From Mobula hypostoma (lineage: Eukaryota), in assembly GCF_963921235.1 (NCBI RefSeq), contig NC_086098.1:7874001-7938000 (forward strand): 64,000 nucleotides of DNA, in the 5' to 3' direction. The position numbers and the translations under genes are program-made. A model generated the notes under the pieces. It made no database searches and was not told the DNA's origin. It saw nothing but the letters and a program-made list of their open reading frames with translations. Positions 59,953 through 64,000 of the stretch are shown in pieces (position 1 is the first letter of the stretch; the number at the start of each line of letters is the position of its first letter).

Positions 59953-60785
59953 TATCTGAAAAAAAATCTTGGTATTCTCTTTGATAATTTTGGATAACCA
60001 GCCTTCAAATTTCATCTTTTCTCTTCTTGTAGATTTTTTAGTTGCCTTCTGTTTTATACTCTCTCTGACTTCCTTTGCAGCCAAGGTTGCCTCATCCTGT
60101 CTTTGGAATGCTTCATCAGCTTAGAGATCTATCATCCTGCACCTTCCGACTTAACCCCTAGGAACTTCAGCCATCGTTGTTCTGCCTTCATCCCTGCTAC
60201 TGTCTGTCTCCTTCCAATCAGTTTTCGGCCAGCTCCTCTCTCATGCCTCTGTAAATCCCTTTACTCCACTGTTTTACTGATACATCTGATATTATCTTCT
60301 CCCTCTCAAACTGCAGCATAAATTCCATCATATTATCATCATGGACTCCCAGGAGTTCCTTTATCTTAAGCTCCCTAATCAAATTGGATTCATTACACTA
60401 CACTCAGTCCAGAATTGCCTTTCTCCTAGTGGGCTCAACCACAAACTGCTCTAAAAAGCCATCTTATAGGCATTCTACAAATTCCCTATATTGTGATCCA
60501 GTTCCAAACTAATTTTCCTAATCTACCTGCATATTGAAATCCCCTATGAATATCATAGCATTGCCCTTGGTACAAGCCTTTTCTATATCCTACATCCTGG
60601 CTACTGTTCGGGGGCCTGTATATTAGTTCTATCAGGTTCTTTCTACCCTTACGTCTAGCCACAATGATTTGATATCTTCTGATCACATGTCACTTCTTTT
60701 TAATTCTTTGATTTCATTTTTTACCAATGAAACTACCCCACCCCACCCCGCCTACCTGCCTCTCCTTTCGATACAAGATGGTAAG

Positions 60786-61316
60786 TGTTACGTACCCGTA
60801 ACGGTTTAAGTGAACCAGACTACATCTGGAGTCTGGTTTTGGTGTTAAAACAACTACCTTTATTAGTATCTACTTAATATAGCAATTTAAACAAGAATAA
60901 TCAAAAGTTTACAGTGTTTTGAGTATACATATGAGTAAATATAACTCCCAAACTATTGAGCTCGTGGAGCGGGGGCACCAGGGGGGGCACCAGGCTTAAA
61001 GTCTTGAGATGGTAAGGTATGAAAGTTCAGTTCATCCACAGATTAAATGATGTGAGAGAGATATTTGTAATCCAAGGTGAATGTCGAGAGAAGAACTTTA
61101 TGTCGTGTTCCACAGGTTCCACGGTGGTAAACAGGATAACAATCACCGTAGGTTTTACCCATCGTCGTTCCGAATCCACTTACGAATTATCACCAATAGT
61201 AGCTTATCACAGTGTCGTTGCATTGTCCAGCCTTCCATTGTCCGACTCCAACTGCAACGGACTGTGTGTGAGTGAGTGTCGTTGCTTAAATCAAAACAAG
61301 CTGCAGAGTCCCATAG

Positions 61317-61347
<31 letters not shown>

Positions 61348-61452
61348 AGTAAGAATCAAACAGGAGCCATAAAATCCGGCGGCTAACGTCACTCAGACAC
61401 TCTCTCTTAAAAATGACAGTCCACAACAAGATAAACCTAGAGGTTCATCACA
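60786..61452 (-). mobile_element. Solo LTR (667 bp) inserted in CR1
   Basis: TGTTAC..TCACA ends; 4-bp TSD TAAG (60782-60785, 61453-61456); minus-strand AATAAA at about 60860. Confidence 0.75.
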
Positions 61453-62394
61453 TAAGATCCTCTTTTAGCCCCACGAGTTAGTGATGCCCACAATGTCGTA
61501 CCTGTCAATCTCTAACTCTGCTACAAGATCGTCTACCTTATTCTGTATACTGCATGCTTTCAAATATAACACTTTCAGTCCTTTATTCATTACCTGTTTT
61601 GATTTTACTCCCATTTACAATTCTGCTCATCCTGCTGACTGCAATTTTGCCCTATCACCTGCCTGGCCTTCTTCACAGTCTCACTCCATACTACATCTAC
61701 TTGTAAACCAACAATCTATTATTCCATTTCCCATCCCTCTGCCACTTGAGTTTAAGCTCTCCGCAACAGCTCGAGCAAACCTGCCAGTAAGGATATTGGT
61801 CCCCGTCGGGTTCAAGTGTAATCCGTTCTTTTTATATAGGTTATACCTTCCCTGGAAAAGATCCCAATGACCCAGAAATCTGAAATCCTGCCCTCTACAA
61901 TGCCCATTCACCCTATTCCTGTGCTGACTTGCATGAGGTACTGCGAGTAATCCAGAGATTACTATCTTGGAGATCCTACTCTTCAGCCTATTCCCAGGTC
62001 CCTATACTCACTGCACAGGACATCTTTCCCCCTTTCTACCTCGTCAATGGTGCCAATGTGCACCACGACCTCCAGCTGCTCACCCTCTCTCATCACTACA
62101 CCTCTACTTGACTTTACCTTTCCGTGCTGAGTGTCAGACCTCGCCACAGTGCCACTGGCCTGGCTGCTGTCCCAATAGATCATTCGAAGAGGAATACTTG
62201 TTGCTCAGGAGAACCCCGCAATGGCTTCTTATTCTCCTTACTGCTCCTGGTGGTCACACATCTACCATCTGGAGCCGACACTCAGGTTTGACCACCTGAG
62301 TATAAGTCTCACCTATGAGGCTTTCAGCCTCCTAGATGGTGCTGAATGCATCCAGCTCCAGCTACTGTCCCTTGACCTTGTCAGTCAGGAGCTA

Positions 62395-62735
62395 AAGTTC
62401 AATAGGTACATTTAATGTCGGAGGAATGTATACAATATACATCCTAATATTATTTTTCTTCACAAACATCCAGGAAAACAGAGGAGTGCCCCAAAGAATG
62501 AATGACAGTTAAATGTTAGAACCCCAAAGCTCCCCCCCCAGCTCCCTCCTCCCACGCATAAGCAGCAGCAAAGCAACGATCCTCCCTCTCCCCCACCAGC
62601 AAAAAAAGCATCAACACCCCCCCTCCACTGAGCACTCAGGCATGCAGCAAAGCATCAATAAAGATACAGACCTGCAGTACCCCGAAGACTACTCATTCAC
62701 CTGTTAATTCGATATACCACAGGCTCTCTCTCCCT
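62395..62735 (-). mobile_element. Second copy of the 24472-25228 element
   Basis: ORF 62513..62707 repeats the text of ORFs 24683..24895 and 24477..24779 (MLEPQ..MQQSINKDTDLQY). Confidence 0.8.
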
Positions 62736-62749
62736 AGCAATTTCCTACT

Positions 62750-63040
62750 CCATAGACAAGCCTTGACAAGCCATGTTCGCTTTTTAAAACTGGCATATAA
62801 AGTCCAGAAGGAACTGTCTCCAACACTGCATGACCTCTCACTCTGCATTTGGACATATGGGCAGAGCAAAGGCAGATGAAGTTTAATCTGGACAAATGTG
62901 AAGTATTTCACATTGTGCACCTTATACACAAATGTAGAGACACGGTACATTGTTAATGGCAAGGCTCTCGACACGTTCAAGTTTATACTTCCCTGAAAGT
63001 AGCAAAACAGGTTGATAGGGTAGTAAAGAAGGTATTGAGG
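62750..63040 (+). mobile_element. Old CR1 fragment
   Basis: GGCAGATGAAGTTTAATCTGGACAAATGTGAAGT..GATAGGGTAGTAAAGAAGG. Confidence 0.6.
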
Positions 63041-63215
63041 TGAGTGCAACAGGGCGCCCAGTTGTTCAGGCGTGTTAGCAGGCCAACAATAGTTCATGAC
63101 TCATTTTGTTAAGTTCAAAGTTCAAAGTAAGGTTATCATCAATGTACAAATATGTCACCATATACTACCCTGAGATTCATTTTCTTGCAGACCTTCACAG
63201 TAGATGCAAAGAAAC

Positions 63216-64000
63216 ACTCTCTGGCTATCCATCCCATAGGATGATGATGGTTCCTTTCAGTCAGTTAGTGGGGTTTGATATGTGCATCCTGGAGTGGCTG
63301 TACAGGCCAATCCTTGACAGGCACTGCTTGCCACATACTTGGCAGGTGAGGCCTGGAGGGGCATCAGGGCAGAGGCTCTTTTGTAGTGTTTCCTGTGCCT
63401 TTCCTCTGTTGCCTCGTTGAGCTTGTTCTCAGCAGCGTCCACACCTTTTCTGATGGTGTTCCTCCACTGTGAGCGATCTTGAGCCAGAATCTCCCATGGT
63501 GATGGGGCAATGTCAGCTTTCTTGATGCTCCTGTGCAGAACATCCTCGTACCATAGTCGCGGCCTCCTCATTTTCGGGTACCACTGGACAGTTGGCCATA
63601 CAAGATGTCCTTGGGCAGTCTTCCGTCAGGCATTCTGACAACATGTCCTGCCCAGTGCAGTTGGGCTGACATCACCAAGGTTGAAACTGCTGGCATTCCG
63701 GCTCGAGGGAGGACCTCTGTATTGGAGACCTTGTCTCGCCAGGTGATCTTCATCGAAGAATGTAGGTGACGCTGCTGCAGTTGGTCAAGCTGGCGTAAGT
63801 GTCTCTGATATGGGCACCATATCTCACATCCGTATAACAAGGTTGATATGACAACGGCCTTGTATACCTTGCACTTGGTGGCCAACCTGATGTTCTGTGA
63901 CAAAACTCGATCTTTCAGCTGACCAAGGGCAAAGTAGGCTTTTCTAGTTCTTGACTCAATCTCTACATCCAGAGAAGCTGACGATGTTATTATGCTGCCC
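63216..64000 (-). mobile_element. RTE-clade LINE (second family), 3' part, extends beyond the window
   Basis: ORF 63568..63903 VYKAVVISTLLYGCEIW..LHWAGHVVRMPDGRLPK; C-terminal C2H2 finger CQVCGKQCLSRIGLYSHSRMH at about 63280-63345. Confidence 0.9.

Larger units (their letters stand above)
57692..62390 (-). mobile_element. Long degraded CR1 (tail, RT, EN, ORF1) hosting a CR1 tail, a SINE and a solo LTR
   Basis: ORFs 58681..58923, 59285..59524, 60486..60686 (IYRPPNS), 61681..61911 (NGLHLN) and 61983..62183 (VVVHIGT). Confidence 0.8.

Overview
Eukaryotic, repeat-saturated DNA with no recognisable host exon, so intergenic or deep intronic. The repeat families (many CR1 LINEs, V-domain SINEs, Penelope-like elements) suggest a cartilaginous fish such as a ray or shark; this is inference only. 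Most of the window is layered, often nested mobile-element debris. It includes CR1 (several subfamilies, one near full-length), an L2/Crack-type LINE, Rex1/Babar-type fragments, two RTE families, a young 5'-truncated L1, V-SINEs, a tRNA-headed SINE, solo LTRs, Tc1 remnants and a hAT-like MITE. Four observations stand out. (1) An Academ-type DNA transposon (XPG nuclease plus Cys8 finger) at 14329-19296 with both TIRs and a CTCT target duplication, hidden under three later insertions. (2) Penelope-like elements carrying degenerate minimal hammerhead-ribozyme motifs, including tiny inverted 'mini-PLE' insertions with their own TSDs. (3) A covarying pseudoknot-like RNA motif shared by two dissimilar RTE-related 5' leaders. 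(4) A set of non-coding elements with unrelated bodies that share a Rex1-type 3' tail. All family names come from motif recognition by eye, not database searches. Boundaries not marked by a TSD are approximate.
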